Shown here one piece after another: positions 28,246-37,987 of a stretch of DNA of 64,000 nt. This stretch comes from Polyangiaceae bacterium (GTDB lineage: Bacteria; Myxococcota_A; Polyangia; Polyangiales; Polyangiaceae). The translations under genes were made by a program, and so were the position numbers. The notes under the pieces are model-generated. The model was not told the DNA's origin and made no database searches. It saw only the letters and a list, made by a program, of their open reading frames with translations. Position 1 is the first letter of the stretch. Each line of letters opens with the position of its first letter. The stretch lies in contig CBDCTZ010000014.1 in the NCBI GenBank assembly GCA_965222375.1, positions 960,001-1,024,000 of the forward strand. Reading direction: 5' to 3'.

Positions 28246-29140
28246 GACAAGCCAGCCAATAGAATCGCATGAGGCTCGACATCCGTCCAGCTTTGGAGGA
28301 AAACCAGCTGGTTCTCAGCATTTGGACGTGCGGGTGGAAGACTACGGTCTCGGCACAGCCTACGAGCGCGCGGCAGTTTACGATCGAATTTCGTCGTGGC
28401 TCGCCGCGCCCGGTCCAACCCAGAGCGTCATCGAGGGACCCGAGGATGGCTTCGCCGGCATGCCGGGGCTTCATGCACTGGGACTGGCACGCCTGGGTTG
28501 GGAAGTAACGGTCGTTCACCCGTCACACGACCGGCTGTCGGATGTACAGCAAGTCTACGAAAAGGCCGGCCTCCAATCTCGGTTGACCGCGGTCAATGCC
28601 GCGTCAGTCCCGAGGGGACGTTGGGACGCGGCGATTTGCTTCAACGCGCTGCCGTTGCGGGACGATTGGGAACTCTACCTGCGCAGCCTTGCCGAGCGAA
28701 CTCGAAAGCTCGCCGTTTTCATCACCCACGCGCATAGCTACGGCGCCCTGCTGCGACGGGTTGTCCGTCGGTTTGAAAAGCACCGACAGCCCGAGCTGTT
28801 CGACCACAGGTCGACTCGACCCGCGGCGCTGCTGCCCGTGCTTCGGCGCCTCGGCAAGATCGACGCCCGAGCTTGGGTGGACTGCCCTTGGTGGCCCGAC
28901 TTGTTCGTTCCGCCGGGAACCGGCCTCCTCGATGGATCCCTGAGTCGGCTTGCTCCTGGGCTGCGCCACCGCCAAAGCTCCCCGTTTCGCTACGGCCCCG
29001 AGGCGTTTCCGTGGGCAAAAGAGGACCGCCCGGCCGAGCTGCTGCGTTCGATGCGGCGGCACCCCACCTTCGAAAGCCAAAGCTGGCTGTCCCCGCTGTT
29101 TGCCCACCATCGCGCTTACCTCGTCAGCACACTGCCCTAG
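28244..29140 (+). CDS. Divergent class I methyltransferase-like protein
   Basis: VIEGP.DG..G.PG motif-I-like segment and WDAAICFNAL; first gene of a same-strand block; start uncertain. Confidence 0.5.
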   Translation: MTSQPIESHEARHPSSFGGKPAGSQHLDVRVEDYGLGTAYERAAVYDRISSWLAAPGPTQSVIEGPEDGFAGMPGLHALGLARLGWEVTVVHPSHDRLSDVQQVYEKAGLQSRLTAVNAASVPRGRWDAAICFNALPLRDDWELYLRSLAERTRKLAVFITHAHSYGALLRRVVRRFEKHRQPELFDHRSTRPAALLPVLRRLGKIDARAWVDCPWWPDLFVPPGTGLLDGSLSRLAPGLRHRQSSPFRYGPEAFPWAKEDRPAELLRSMRRHPTFESQSWLSPLFAHHRAYLVSTLP

Positions 29141-29157
29141 GCCCTGGAATCAGCCGC

Positions 29158-30063
29158 GTGCAAGCAACAGTCATCATCGTTGAATACTCCACCCGCCCGT
29201 ATTTGCTGGAGTGCCTGGATTCTCTGGAGCGTTCCGATTTTCCTCGGGATGACTTCGAAATCATCGTCGTCGACAATGCTTCGTCCACCCCTGTGGATGG
29301 GATCATCGACACCTACCCAAGAGTGCGCTTCATCAAGTCTCGGCGCAATCTTGGTTTTGCTGGTGGCAACACCCTTGCATTGGAGCGTGCTCGTTCCGAC
29401 AACATCCTGCTCCTGAACCCGGATGCGCGGGCGACGCCGGATTGGTTGGGTGAAATGCTCAAGAGCCTTGCTACACCGAGTGTTGGCGTTGTGGGATGCA
29501 AGATCCTACACCCCGGCACTCAAGTGCTGCAGCACGCCGGTGGTGTGCTGTTCCCTAACGCCCGCAGCGAACACCGCGGTCGGGGCCAGGATGACGTGGG
29601 GCAATACGACCGGGAAGCGGACGTGGAATACGTTTGTGGTGCTGCCATCGGCACCCGGCGCGACGTGATCGACAAGGTCGGTTTCCTTTCGTCCGCGTAC
29701 TTCCCGGCCTACTACGAAGAAACGGAACTGTGCGTCCGAGCTCGGCGAGCAGGCTATCGCGTGCTTTACAACCCCCGGGCGGTCGTGGAGCATCACGAGT
29801 CCGCCGCCAGTGGCGGTGCTAGTACCAGAAAGTACCTCCGGCGCTATCACGAAAGCCGCATGCGTTTCGTTTATCGCAACTATTCACTTCGCGAGCTGGC
29901 GTTCCAGTTCTTGCCGTCTGAGGCAGCCTTCCTGTCGTCCCGAGACATGGGTGAACGGCGCGTCTGCACTCGCGCCTATCTTTTGGCGCTGCTGAGTTTT
30001 CGGGACTCGGGCCCAGGCGTGCCCCGGGACGATGACGTCGTCTATGACACGGGGGCCCGGTAG
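29158..30063 (+). CDS. GT2 glycosyltransferase (WbbL/rhamnosyltransferase-like)
   Basis: VVDNAS, NLGFAGG, LLNPD and YYEETELC; start GTG 29158. Confidence 0.88.
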   Translation: MQATVIIVEYSTRPYLLECLDSLERSDFPRDDFEIIVVDNASSTPVDGIIDTYPRVRFIKSRRNLGFAGGNTLALERARSDNILLLNPDARATPDWLGEMLKSLATPSVGVVGCKILHPGTQVLQHAGGVLFPNARSEHRGRGQDDVGQYDREADVEYVCGAAIGTRRDVIDKVGFLSSAYFPAYYEETELCVRARRAGYRVLYNPRAVVEHHESAASGGASTRKYLRRYHESRMRFVYRNYSLRELAFQFLPSEAAFLSSRDMGERRVCTRAYLLALLSFRDSGPGVPRDDDVVYDTGAR

Positions 30064-30065
30064 AC

Positions 30066-32996
30066 ATGTCGCGCATCGCTATGTTTGGGCTCGGGCCCAT
30101 GCGCTGGGAGCAGAGCACGCGGCTATTCGCTCTCGCGCTCCGAACCTGGCATTTCGCGCGGACCCTTGCCCGGGGTGGACACGAGGTCTTGCTGTTCTCG
30201 ATCCGTGGTCACGCCTACGAGGGTTGGCCATCGGACAAGAAGACGTTGGTCGAGCGGGATGGAGTTGGCATTTGGAGTATCTCCGAGCACCTCTGCCACG
30301 AGCGTCCGGATTGGATTCGCCGCCGAATCGCGAACTTTCAACCTGACTGTGTGGTTGGAGTGAATCGCGACCCAGCGGCGGTGGCCGTGAACTTTGCCGG
30401 TGACCTGCCGCTTTGGGCGGACGTCAATGGCGATCCCATGGCAGAGGCTCAGGCCAAGGCTCGCAGCCTCGGGCATGACGACAACATTGCCGAGTGGCAC
30501 CGCAAGTTTCTGCCGGTGCTGTTGCGCGCTGACCATTTCTCGACGTGTTCGCGAGCGCAACGGCTCGCTCTGATAGGCCAACTGGGACTGGCGGGGAGGT
30601 TGACCGCGGCGAACGACGGCACCGAGTTGATCACCGCGGCCCCCAACAGCATCGATGACGAAGAGCTCGAACTCTACGGCCGTATTCGACGCGACCCCCG
30701 CGACGCCAAGGCTCCGTTTGTGCTGCTTTCGAGCGGGGGGTTCAACACTTGGATCGATCCCGTCACCATGTTCGAAGCCGTGGAGCGCAGCATGAAGCGC
30801 TTTCCGAAGCTGTCGTTCATCTCCACGGGAGGTGGCATCCCGGGTCATCATGTGGATGCCTACGCGCAGTTCCAGGAACTGGTTCACCGCTCACCGAATC
30901 GTAGCCGGTACGAACTGGCGGGATGGGTACAGACCAGTGAACTCTTCGGATACTACGAAGTCGCCAACGCGTCGCTCCTGGTCGATCGCTTCACCTACGA
31001 GGGTGTTCTTGGCGCCCGCACGCGTATGTTGGATTGGCTCGCTGCTGGTTTGCCCATCGTATGCACTCGACTGAGTGAGATAAGCCAAGACCTGGACAAG
31101 CGGGGCATTGCCCTGACCGCGCCTCCGGGGGATCCTAGGCCACTCGCCGACGCGATCGCCCACCTCGTCGAACACCCAAGCGACGCCGCAAAGCGTGGTC
31201 AGCGTGGGCGCCAGTATGCGGAGCGCGAACTGCGCGCAGCGGTACAGCTGGAGCCGCTGCTGACGTGGGCCAAAGCTCCCCGCAGCGCACCTGGAGGTGA
31301 GCGTCGAGCGAGTTTGGACAACTTGCCCGCTCCTGCCTACGAACTCAAGAAGCACGTCGTTCTGTTCAGAGACGAAGCAAAGACCCACGGCCTGCCTGAC
31401 GCTCTGCGGAAGACGGGAAAGTTCGCTAGTCGTCGGGTCAAACATCGGTTGCAGCGCGCCCTCGACGGCTTTGGTTTGGTGGAAGAGTCCATCGGTTTGG
31501 ATGAAGCTCGAGCGACCATGGGGCGGCCCTTGGAGCCGCCTGCGCGCTCACTATTCGAGTGGCGCAAGCTCGTATCCAACATGAAGCATCCGCTAGTCGT
31601 TGCAGCAGTCGTTTGCATCCGGGGGGATGAGGAACCCGACTACGTCGATTGGACCTTGGAGCAGATCCGCCGACAGTACTATCCCTACTGGCGGGCAGTC
31701 TTGGTGACCCCAGCCCCCCTGGATACCAGCCTGCGCGAGCGCCTCGCGCTTCTGGAGGACCGCTTTCGGGCCGACGGGCGCGAACTCATCCGCATCGAAG
31801 ACGCCGCGGAGCCCTTTGCCCATCACGCGGTCCAGGACTCCGAGTTCTTGCTCATGCTTGCACCCGGAGACCTATTGCGCCTGGACGCTCTCGGTGAGCT
31901 GGTGCTCGCCGCCCGGGATGCCGATGCGGATCTGGCGTTTTCCTATGAACAAGAAGTCGACGAGAGCAACGTTCCCCGACCGCCCAAGCGCAAAGCGCCC
32001 TGGTCGCACCACCTGCTCCTACACCGCAGCTTCCTGGGCCGGGGGGTCATGTATCGCACTGCGCTTGTCGACGCCCCTGGGGAGCGCGTGGCTAGCTTCC
32101 CCTTTGATGCACTGGCCTACGACGTAGCATTGCGGGCTGCGCCTCGAATACGAAGTGCAGTTCGCGTTCCCGCAGTTCTTTGCATGATTCACGTTCCCGC
32201 TCTTCGTCCGGAAGTGGAGCGAGTGGCTCGTGAGCAAGAGGTGGCACGGCTGGAGGAGCAGGTTCTAAAGGAAGCCGCTTGGCGCCAAGGTTCGAGTGCC
32301 GAGGTGATGCGCGGGCCTCGCCCGCGGACATTCCGAATTCGCCACGACCCAGGTAGTCGACCGACCGTAAGCGTCATTATTCCGGACATCGGTACGCCCA
32401 AGGCGTTGCAACGCTGCCTCCGCTCCTTGGCCAAACACACCGTGCTCGACGTGGAACTCGTGGCGGTCACCGCTCGGAGGTCGCGTGGCAAGTTGCCGCG
32501 CGGCGCTCGCCTCGTCAGCGTGGATGAAGGCATGAAGTTCGGCGCTCGGGTTCAAGCGGCGCTCGAGGGTTGCGCGTCAGATTGGGTCGTCGTCGCGCAC
32601 CCAGACGTCGAAGCCTACGGCAACGAGTGGCTAGTGCCGCTGCTGGAGCAGGCAGCAGGACCGGGAGTAGCGGCCGTGTCTCCCAAACTGTTGGCACCGG
32701 ACGGCGCAGCACTATGGCCACCGGCGGATCTCGCTTCGGATTGGCTTGCCCACGTGCCTCTGCAGCTTCGGCGTCCGGTTCCCCAACTCACGCTTTACCG
32801 AAGAAAGGAACTGGAGCGCTGCCGCTTCATCTCAGCAAAACGGGCGGCGGTTCTCGCGCGTATGGTTGGAAAGCGTCTCGAAAAGAAGGGCAAGACCATG
32901 TTCTCGGTGCCCTACTCGACCTTCTACCTGCATGGCGCGTCGGCAGAGGCCTTCTCGGGTCCGGCCCTGGCAGCCACGGAGAAAGTAGGCGCCTAG
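30066..32996 (+). CDS. Multidomain glycosyltransferase: GT4-like N-terminus plus two degenerate GT2-like domains
   Basis: RTRMLDWLAAGLPIV (GT-B), then KAPWSHHLL..., YDVALR, RVPAVL and PTVSVIIP (GT-A-like). Confidence 0.78.
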   Translation: MSRIAMFGLGPMRWEQSTRLFALALRTWHFARTLARGGHEVLLFSIRGHAYEGWPSDKKTLVERDGVGIWSISEHLCHERPDWIRRRIANFQPDCVVGVNRDPAAVAVNFAGDLPLWADVNGDPMAEAQAKARSLGHDDNIAEWHRKFLPVLLRADHFSTCSRAQRLALIGQLGLAGRLTAANDGTELITAAPNSIDDEELELYGRIRRDPRDAKAPFVLLSSGGFNTWIDPVTMFEAVERSMKRFPKLSFISTGGGIPGHHVDAYAQFQELVHRSPNRSRYELAGWVQTSELFGYYEVANASLLVDRFTYEGVLGARTRMLDWLAAGLPIVCTRLSEISQDLDKRGIALTAPPGDPRPLADAIAHLVEHPSDAAKRGQRGRQYAERELRAAVQLEPLLTWAKAPRSAPGGERRASLDNLPAPAYELKKHVVLFRDEAKTHGLPDALRKTGKFASRRVKHRLQRALDGFGLVEESIGLDEARATMGRPLEPPARSLFEWRKLVSNMKHPLVVAAVVCIRGDEEPDYVDWTLEQIRRQYYPYWRAVLVTPAPLDTSLRERLALLEDRFRADGRELIRIEDAAEPFAHHAVQDSEFLLMLAPGDLLRLDALGELVLAARDADADLAFSYEQEVDESNVPRPPKRKAPWSHHLLLHRSFLGRGVMYRTALVDAPGERVASFPFDALAYDVALRAAPRIRSAVRVPAVLCMIHVPALRPEVERVAREQEVARLEEQVLKEAAWRQGSSAEVMRGPRPRTFRIRHDPGSRPTVSVIIPDIGTPKALQRCLRSLAKHTVLDVELVAVTARRSRGKLPRGARLVSVDEGMKFGARVQAALEGCASDWVVVAHPDVEAYGNEWLVPLLEQAAGPGVAAVSPKLLAPDGAALWPPADLASDWLAHVPLQLRRPVPQLTLYRRKELERCRFISAKRAAVLARMVGKRLEKKGKTMFSVPYSTFYLHGASAEAFSGPALAATEKVGA

Positions 32997-34321
32997 TGCC
33001 GCGCGTGCTGGTCGTGCAAGCCGACCGGGAATCCAACACCGAGGCCCTGGATCAACTCTGGCGATTGAAGCAGTCACGATCAGACCTCGATCTCGCCGTG
33101 CTTCGGCGCCGCGCACCCTGGTGGCAGTGGGACCGCTCGGAGGTCGCACGCATCCTTGGAGAGCTGATCCTCGTGGACCCTGGCGACGAGCACGCGGCGC
33201 TGAGCGCCGCCGTCGCGGCCTCCCAGCGGCGGAAAGTCGATGCGGTCTTCACGGTCCACGAAGAGTGCCTTCGAATCACGGCTCGCATCGCCGACGCCCT
33301 CGGCTTGCCCGGTGCCACTCCTTCGGTCGTGGAGCGGTGCCGAGACAAGTGGGCGCTGTGCGAGACCCTATCCCGCGCCGGTGTTGCAGCACCGAGAACG
33401 CAGCTGACGCGCTCCTACAGGGACGCGGAGCGCGCCATGCAGGAGCTCGGGCTTCCGGTTGTCGTCAAACCCCGGGACTTGGCTGGCGGCGTTGGAGTGA
33501 GCGCAGTTCATCGACAAGAGGACATGCGCCGAGCGTATTCCGTCGCTCGGGGTGCACGGTGGACCGATGCACGTCGGTCAGGCGTGTTGGTGCAAGAGCT
33601 GGTTGTCGGTCGCACCGTTGCGGCCAATGCTTTCATACGAGGCGGGCAGCTTACGCCTCTCGGAGTGAGCGATAAGACCAGTGTGGACCTGCCATACTTT
33701 TCGACTCACGAGGAGGCGATGCCCAGTCAATTAGCTGACTCTGAGGTGTGGCGAGTCGCCGAGCAAAGCGCGAAGGCCGTTGGGATCGGTGATGCGGTGG
33801 TGCACTTCGAAATGGTGATGAACCGGGATGGCGCCACGCTGCTGGAAGTCACGCCGCGACCCGGTGGCGGACCGATCCCCCGCATGGTGGAGGTGACCCA
33901 GGGCGTGTGGCCCGTTGAATTGGCGCTGAAACTCGCATTGGGGGAAGTGGGCCAGGTCAGGTCCGGCGCTTCCTACTGTCGAGCTCGTTACCTGCGCTGT
34001 CCGGAGGCTGGGTGCGTCGTCAGTCTGAACTGCGAATCGCCACTGCCGCCCCGGACGGAAGTGCGCAAACTGGTGCAGGCGGGTGACTACGTCGCTCCGC
34101 CCCCGCGAAGCTTCGTGACGCCGCTAGGTTGGGTGCTCGGTTGGGGCGAAGACCGTCAAGAGGTTGCGCGGCGTGTCGCCAAAGTGGCTAGCCGTGTCCG
34201 AGTCGGCACCGCGCCCCAGCTGAGCGTCGCAGCCCTTCGCGCCAACTGCCTGCGTGCGACGAATAGCGAGTATCGACGCCGTTTGGTGGGTTGGTTGGGG
34301 CAGTGGGGCAAGTACCCATGA
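32996..34321 (+). CDS. ATP-grasp enzyme, L-amino acid ligase-like
   Basis: CRDK, PVVVKP, GGVGV, VLVQE, HFE, LLEVTPRPGG and an LAL_C2-like C-terminus; start GTG 32996. Confidence 0.85.
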   Translation: MPRVLVVQADRESNTEALDQLWRLKQSRSDLDLAVLRRRAPWWQWDRSEVARILGELILVDPGDEHAALSAAVAASQRRKVDAVFTVHEECLRITARIADALGLPGATPSVVERCRDKWALCETLSRAGVAAPRTQLTRSYRDAERAMQELGLPVVVKPRDLAGGVGVSAVHRQEDMRRAYSVARGARWTDARRSGVLVQELVVGRTVAANAFIRGGQLTPLGVSDKTSVDLPYFSTHEEAMPSQLADSEVWRVAEQSAKAVGIGDAVVHFEMVMNRDGATLLEVTPRPGGGPIPRMVEVTQGVWPVELALKLALGEVGQVRSGASYCRARYLRCPEAGCVVSLNCESPLPPRTEVRKLVQAGDYVAPPPRSFVTPLGWVLGWGEDRQEVARRVAKVASRVRVGTAPQLSVAALRANCLRATNSEYRRRLVGWLGQWGKYP

Positions 34322-35343
34322 GTTCATGGCGGTCATGGGCGGCGGCTCGAGCGGCGAGGGTGTGGCGACGGCCAAGGGGCAGGCGCCACGACGAGATTCT
34401 GGCGGGCGGCGCCCTGCGAGTTCGTGTTTGGGACGCGCGCCTGTTGGCGTCCGTGCGACGGCTACTTGAGGATTCGTTGGCGCCACGCTTCGCAAGCCCT
34501 CAGCTCACGCTAACGGAGTTTCCCCGATGGCGTGTGAGGGAGCTAGCGGCCCGTGGCAACATCGTCATGCCGAAGTTCGTCAGTTTCGACCTCGAGTGCG
34601 ACTCTCCAAGAATGGCACGCGACATCTCGCGGCGCTGGACTGGTTGCGCCGCGCGAAGCTATGGCGTGACCATCCATCGTGACCCCGCGGCTTTTCACTT
34701 CTTCTACGAACGCCTGTACGTCCCCACTCTGGATTCGCGTCATGGGGCGGAAGCCTATCGCCGGCCCCAGGACTACTTGCGTCGGGGGTACAGGCGTGGA
34801 TACCTGCTGTTTCTGTCCGACGGTGACGCTGTCGTCGCAGGCGCCCTGAATGTGATGCGACAAGGCGACGATAGCGTAGTCGACCATTGGGCGGGCGGCG
34901 TGCTCGACGGCAGCGGCGCCCTGGTGCGCGACGGAGCTGACGTGGCGCTCGTCATCCGCAGCCGACAGTGGGCGCAGCGCATCGGCGCGAGCCGCTTGGG
35001 ATTGACCCGGAGCCAACCCTTCGCTCGCGACGGGCTGTTCGCTTTCAAGACCGGCTTTGGTCCAACCCTGCACTGCCGCAGCGCGGCCCCTACGGTTTTG
35101 GCACTTTCAGTGCGCAACTGGTCCCCGGATGTCCGAACAGTAGTGGACAGCCTCTCACCCATCAGTTTTGGGCCACGCCCCACGCTCTGGCGCTGTGGGG
35201 GACGTGGCCTGCGGGAGCCCGCGGGCCTAGACATCTTGGACTTGGACGCAGAGCTCTCCGGCCTCAACACCATACTGGCGACGCGCCAGCTCCGCGCCCT
35301 GGCGCGGCGTACGACGCCGATTCGCCGCATACTAGCCACGTGA
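34318..35343 (+). CDS. FemAB/GNAT-like acyltransferase, paralog 1
   Basis: FYERLYVPTLDSRHG and QPFARDGLFAFKTGFG; ATGA overlap. Confidence 0.6.
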   Translation: MSSWRSWAAARAARVWRRPRGRRHDEILAGGALRVRVWDARLLASVRRLLEDSLAPRFASPQLTLTEFPRWRVRELAARGNIVMPKFVSFDLECDSPRMARDISRRWTGCAARSYGVTIHRDPAAFHFFYERLYVPTLDSRHGAEAYRRPQDYLRRGYRRGYLLFLSDGDAVVAGALNVMRQGDDSVVDHWAGGVLDGSGALVRDGADVALVIRSRQWAQRIGASRLGLTRSQPFARDGLFAFKTGFGPTLHCRSAAPTVLALSVRNWSPDVRTVVDSLSPISFGPRPTLWRCGGRGLREPAGLDILDLDAELSGLNTILATRQLRALARRTTPIRRILAT

Positions 35344-36053
35344 CCACCCTCTACGTCGCCAACGATCATTCCGCGCTCCTGCATCTGTGGCGCCGAACCA
35401 ATCAGAGGGGTCTTCGGCTGCTTCGCTTCGATGCTCACTGCGACCTGCGAGGATTGGTTGTGGACGAAGTGTGTGGCCGTGCCGCTGCCCGGCTAGATCC
35501 TCGCCTACTTGAGGGCGGCGTGGATGGAGGCAACTTCCTCTCTCACGCAGTATTGGAGCGTCGCGTTCAGTCCATTCGTTGGGTCCACGGGCCTCACGGC
35601 GGTAGGGATCGCGATCTCGGCACCGTGGCCTTCGCTACCGACTTGCCCCAAAGCTTGATTTCGCGATGGAGACATGGCTGGGTCCCGTTGAGATTCCGGG
35701 GCATGGCGAGCTTGGATCCCAAGCAAAGTATCGCGCCCGGTGAAGAACTGGACCTCGACTTCGACTACTTCGCGTCGCGTCTTGCGCCGCGGGCGAGCAT
35801 CGACACGGCAATCGAGGACTTCTTCGGTCGGAACTGGGATACCGCTCCCGACGTCATCTACTTCGCATGTTCGCCGGACTACTGCCACGCGGTGCCGGAA
35901 ACCCTGGCCGGATTCATCGCCCGGCTCGAGACATTCTTCGCCGCCAGCCGTATTCAACTCCCTGAGCCTCCACGCGCGCCTCGCCCAGGGTGGCTGGAGC
36001 GGCTGAGCTATCGCGCAGACCGTGTGCTCAGACAGCTCGGTGCTGTTCGGTGA
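35340..36053 (+). CDS. UPF0489 / arginase-deacetylase-fold metallohydrolase
   Basis: NDHS..LHLW, FDAHCDL, GNF and LDLDFDYF; GTGA overlap. Confidence 0.7.
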   Translation: MTTLYVANDHSALLHLWRRTNQRGLRLLRFDAHCDLRGLVVDEVCGRAAARLDPRLLEGGVDGGNFLSHAVLERRVQSIRWVHGPHGGRDRDLGTVAFATDLPQSLISRWRHGWVPLRFRGMASLDPKQSIAPGEELDLDFDYFASRLAPRASIDTAIEDFFGRNWDTAPDVIYFACSPDYCHAVPETLAGFIARLETFFAASRIQLPEPPRAPRPGWLERLSYRADRVLRQLGAVR

Positions 36054-37093
36054 CTGCTCATGCGCGACTGCCGACGACGCTTCCTTTGGGCCTCCGCGGC
36101 CGGGATGCAGAGCCCCAAGCTCTGGCCGTGTTTCGGACACGCACCGACGACGGCCAAGAGTTTCGCTTGGTGCTAGTGGGAGACAGTCGCGAACGCTACC
36201 TGCTGTCCCGGCACTTCTTGCCGGGGGTGGTTCGACTGGAACGTTTGGAGTTCCTGCCCCGTCTGCGTGCGTCGGCTGCCTTGCGGGGCCTAGAAGAACT
36301 CGGGGACCTGGTCATGGTGTCGCTGCCCCTGATCGATGCCCGAGGGCTTTCCAAGCCCTGGTCCGTTGCGCCGCGAAGGCTGTCTTTGAAGGCGGAGGTT
36401 TCACAGATCATCGCTCGGCTGGAGGCTAGCGTGCCCCCCTTCGGGAAGTACGCGCGGCAGATGGCTCGCGCCGAGTTCCAAACCGAGCTGTGCTTCGGGC
36501 GTGACGCCTGGAAGCGCTTCTATGTCGATTTCTACGCGCCGACTCAGCGGGCTCTGCGCGGCGCGCGCGCGCGCTTGCGTGCCTTCGAAGAATACGAGCG
36601 CCACACCGAACCGGCCGAAGTGCTCGCCATCACGCAGTTCGGGCAGTGGGTCGCCTCGGCAGCGTGCTATCGCGACGGGGCGGACTACGTCTTCGTGGAA
36701 CTGGGATTCCGCGACGGGAGCCGCTCGATTCGTGCGATGGGTGCCGGCCACGCGCTCTACATCTCGGTGTTTCGGCGTGCCCAGTCCCGCCGGCTGAGCC
36801 ATGTCGAGTTGGGTCTCCATCCACCCTTCGTGCTCGATCCGGTGATGCACTACAAACGTCAGTGGTTGGCGCGCTTTTCTCGGTCGCCCTACTGCGATCG
36901 GGCGTTTGGCCTCAGGCTCGGCACGGAGTCTCAGCGGGGCCTGGAGCTGTTGGCGCGGGCGCCCCTTGTCGTCGAAGCACCCAGCAGCGACAGACTCGCG
37001 CTCTGGAGCGGCACCCAGGACGGTGTGGCGCGCCACCTCGCCCTAGCTGACGCTTTGGCGTTGACGCCGCTTGCGGGGAAGGTTGCCCTCTAG
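36050..37093 (+). CDS. FemAB/GNAT-like acyltransferase, paralog 2
   Basis: FYVDFYAPTQRALRG, GHALY and PPFVLDPVMHYKRQW; GTGA overlap. Confidence 0.6.
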   Translation: MTAHARLPTTLPLGLRGRDAEPQALAVFRTRTDDGQEFRLVLVGDSRERYLLSRHFLPGVVRLERLEFLPRLRASAALRGLEELGDLVMVSLPLIDARGLSKPWSVAPRRLSLKAEVSQIIARLEASVPPFGKYARQMARAEFQTELCFGRDAWKRFYVDFYAPTQRALRGARARLRAFEEYERHTEPAEVLAITQFGQWVASAACYRDGADYVFVELGFRDGSRSIRAMGAGHALYISVFRRAQSRRLSHVELGLHPPFVLDPVMHYKRQWLARFSRSPYCDRAFGLRLGTESQRGLELLARAPLVVEAPSSDRLALWSGTQDGVARHLALADALALTPLAGKVAL

Positions 37094-37099
37094 GACCGA

Positions 37100-37987
37100 A
37101 TGAGCGCTCGACCCAATCTGCAGCAAGACGGGTATTGCATCCTCCCGGGGGTTCTGGGTCCGAGCGAAGTGCAAGCTCTGCGCTCCGAGCTGCGCCGCCG
37201 CTTCGAGGCGAATGGCTCGCCGCGCTTCCTGCGACTGCAGCAGTTGCAGGACCATCGGGCCCTGATGCGACTATCCTTCTGTGATGCTGTGGTGGCTGGG
37301 CTGAGAGCGTCCCTGGGGCATGACTACTACACGGTTCCCGATCTTTGCGCCCAGCACGACATGTATGGTGTGTGGCACGCGGATAGCGACCCCGACGGTG
37401 CGCGTGCGGAACTCGCGAATCCGAATTTCGGCGTGGCCAAATGCGGCATCTACCTGCAGGACAACGGAGTCGGCGGAGGCGGGCTCGAGATTGTGCCAGC
37501 AGCTCACCGCATGCCCGTTCCCAAGGCGCCGGCTCGGCTGGCGTACGCGCTGAAACGCCTACGGGACAGGGGGCTCCGCGAGTTGAGGCGAATTCGATTG
37601 CCGCTTCGAGCCGGGGACGCCGTCATTTTCGACTACCGGCTGCCGCACATCAGTGCGCGGCCGGTGCCTGGGCACGCCCGCCAGGAAAAGTTCGTCCTAT
37701 ATTTCAATGCAACGAACGCCGAAAGCGGGGTTCACTACTTGGAGCACATCAAACGCCGAGCGCTTCGCGAAGAACACCAAGGCGGCGAAGTGTTCTGGTC
37801 GGACTCCCTCTGGCGCACGTACCCCACGGACTTCCCATCGAGCTTTGTCGAGGCCGCCGAGGATGTGAACGCCAAGCTTCTGCTCCCGACTAGGGAAGAA
37901 GCGCGGCGCTGGCGAAGCTGGTATCAGGCGGCGGTCGATTCCGCCGCCGGATACCTCAGCAGACGCGGGGCGGCGGCCGCGCTTTGA
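37100..37987 (+). CDS. PhyH-family Fe(II)/2-oxoglutarate dioxygenase
   Basis: DGYCILPGVL, WHAD (HxD), LEIVPAAH and AGDAVIFDYRLPH. Confidence 0.85.
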   Translation: MSARPNLQQDGYCILPGVLGPSEVQALRSELRRRFEANGSPRFLRLQQLQDHRALMRLSFCDAVVAGLRASLGHDYYTVPDLCAQHDMYGVWHADSDPDGARAELANPNFGVAKCGIYLQDNGVGGGGLEIVPAAHRMPVPKAPARLAYALKRLRDRGLRELRRIRLPLRAGDAVIFDYRLPHISARPVPGHARQEKFVLYFNATNAESGVHYLEHIKRRALREEHQGGEVFWSDSLWRTYPTDFPSSFVEAAEDVNAKLLLPTREEARRWRSWYQAAVDSAAGYLSRRGAAAAL

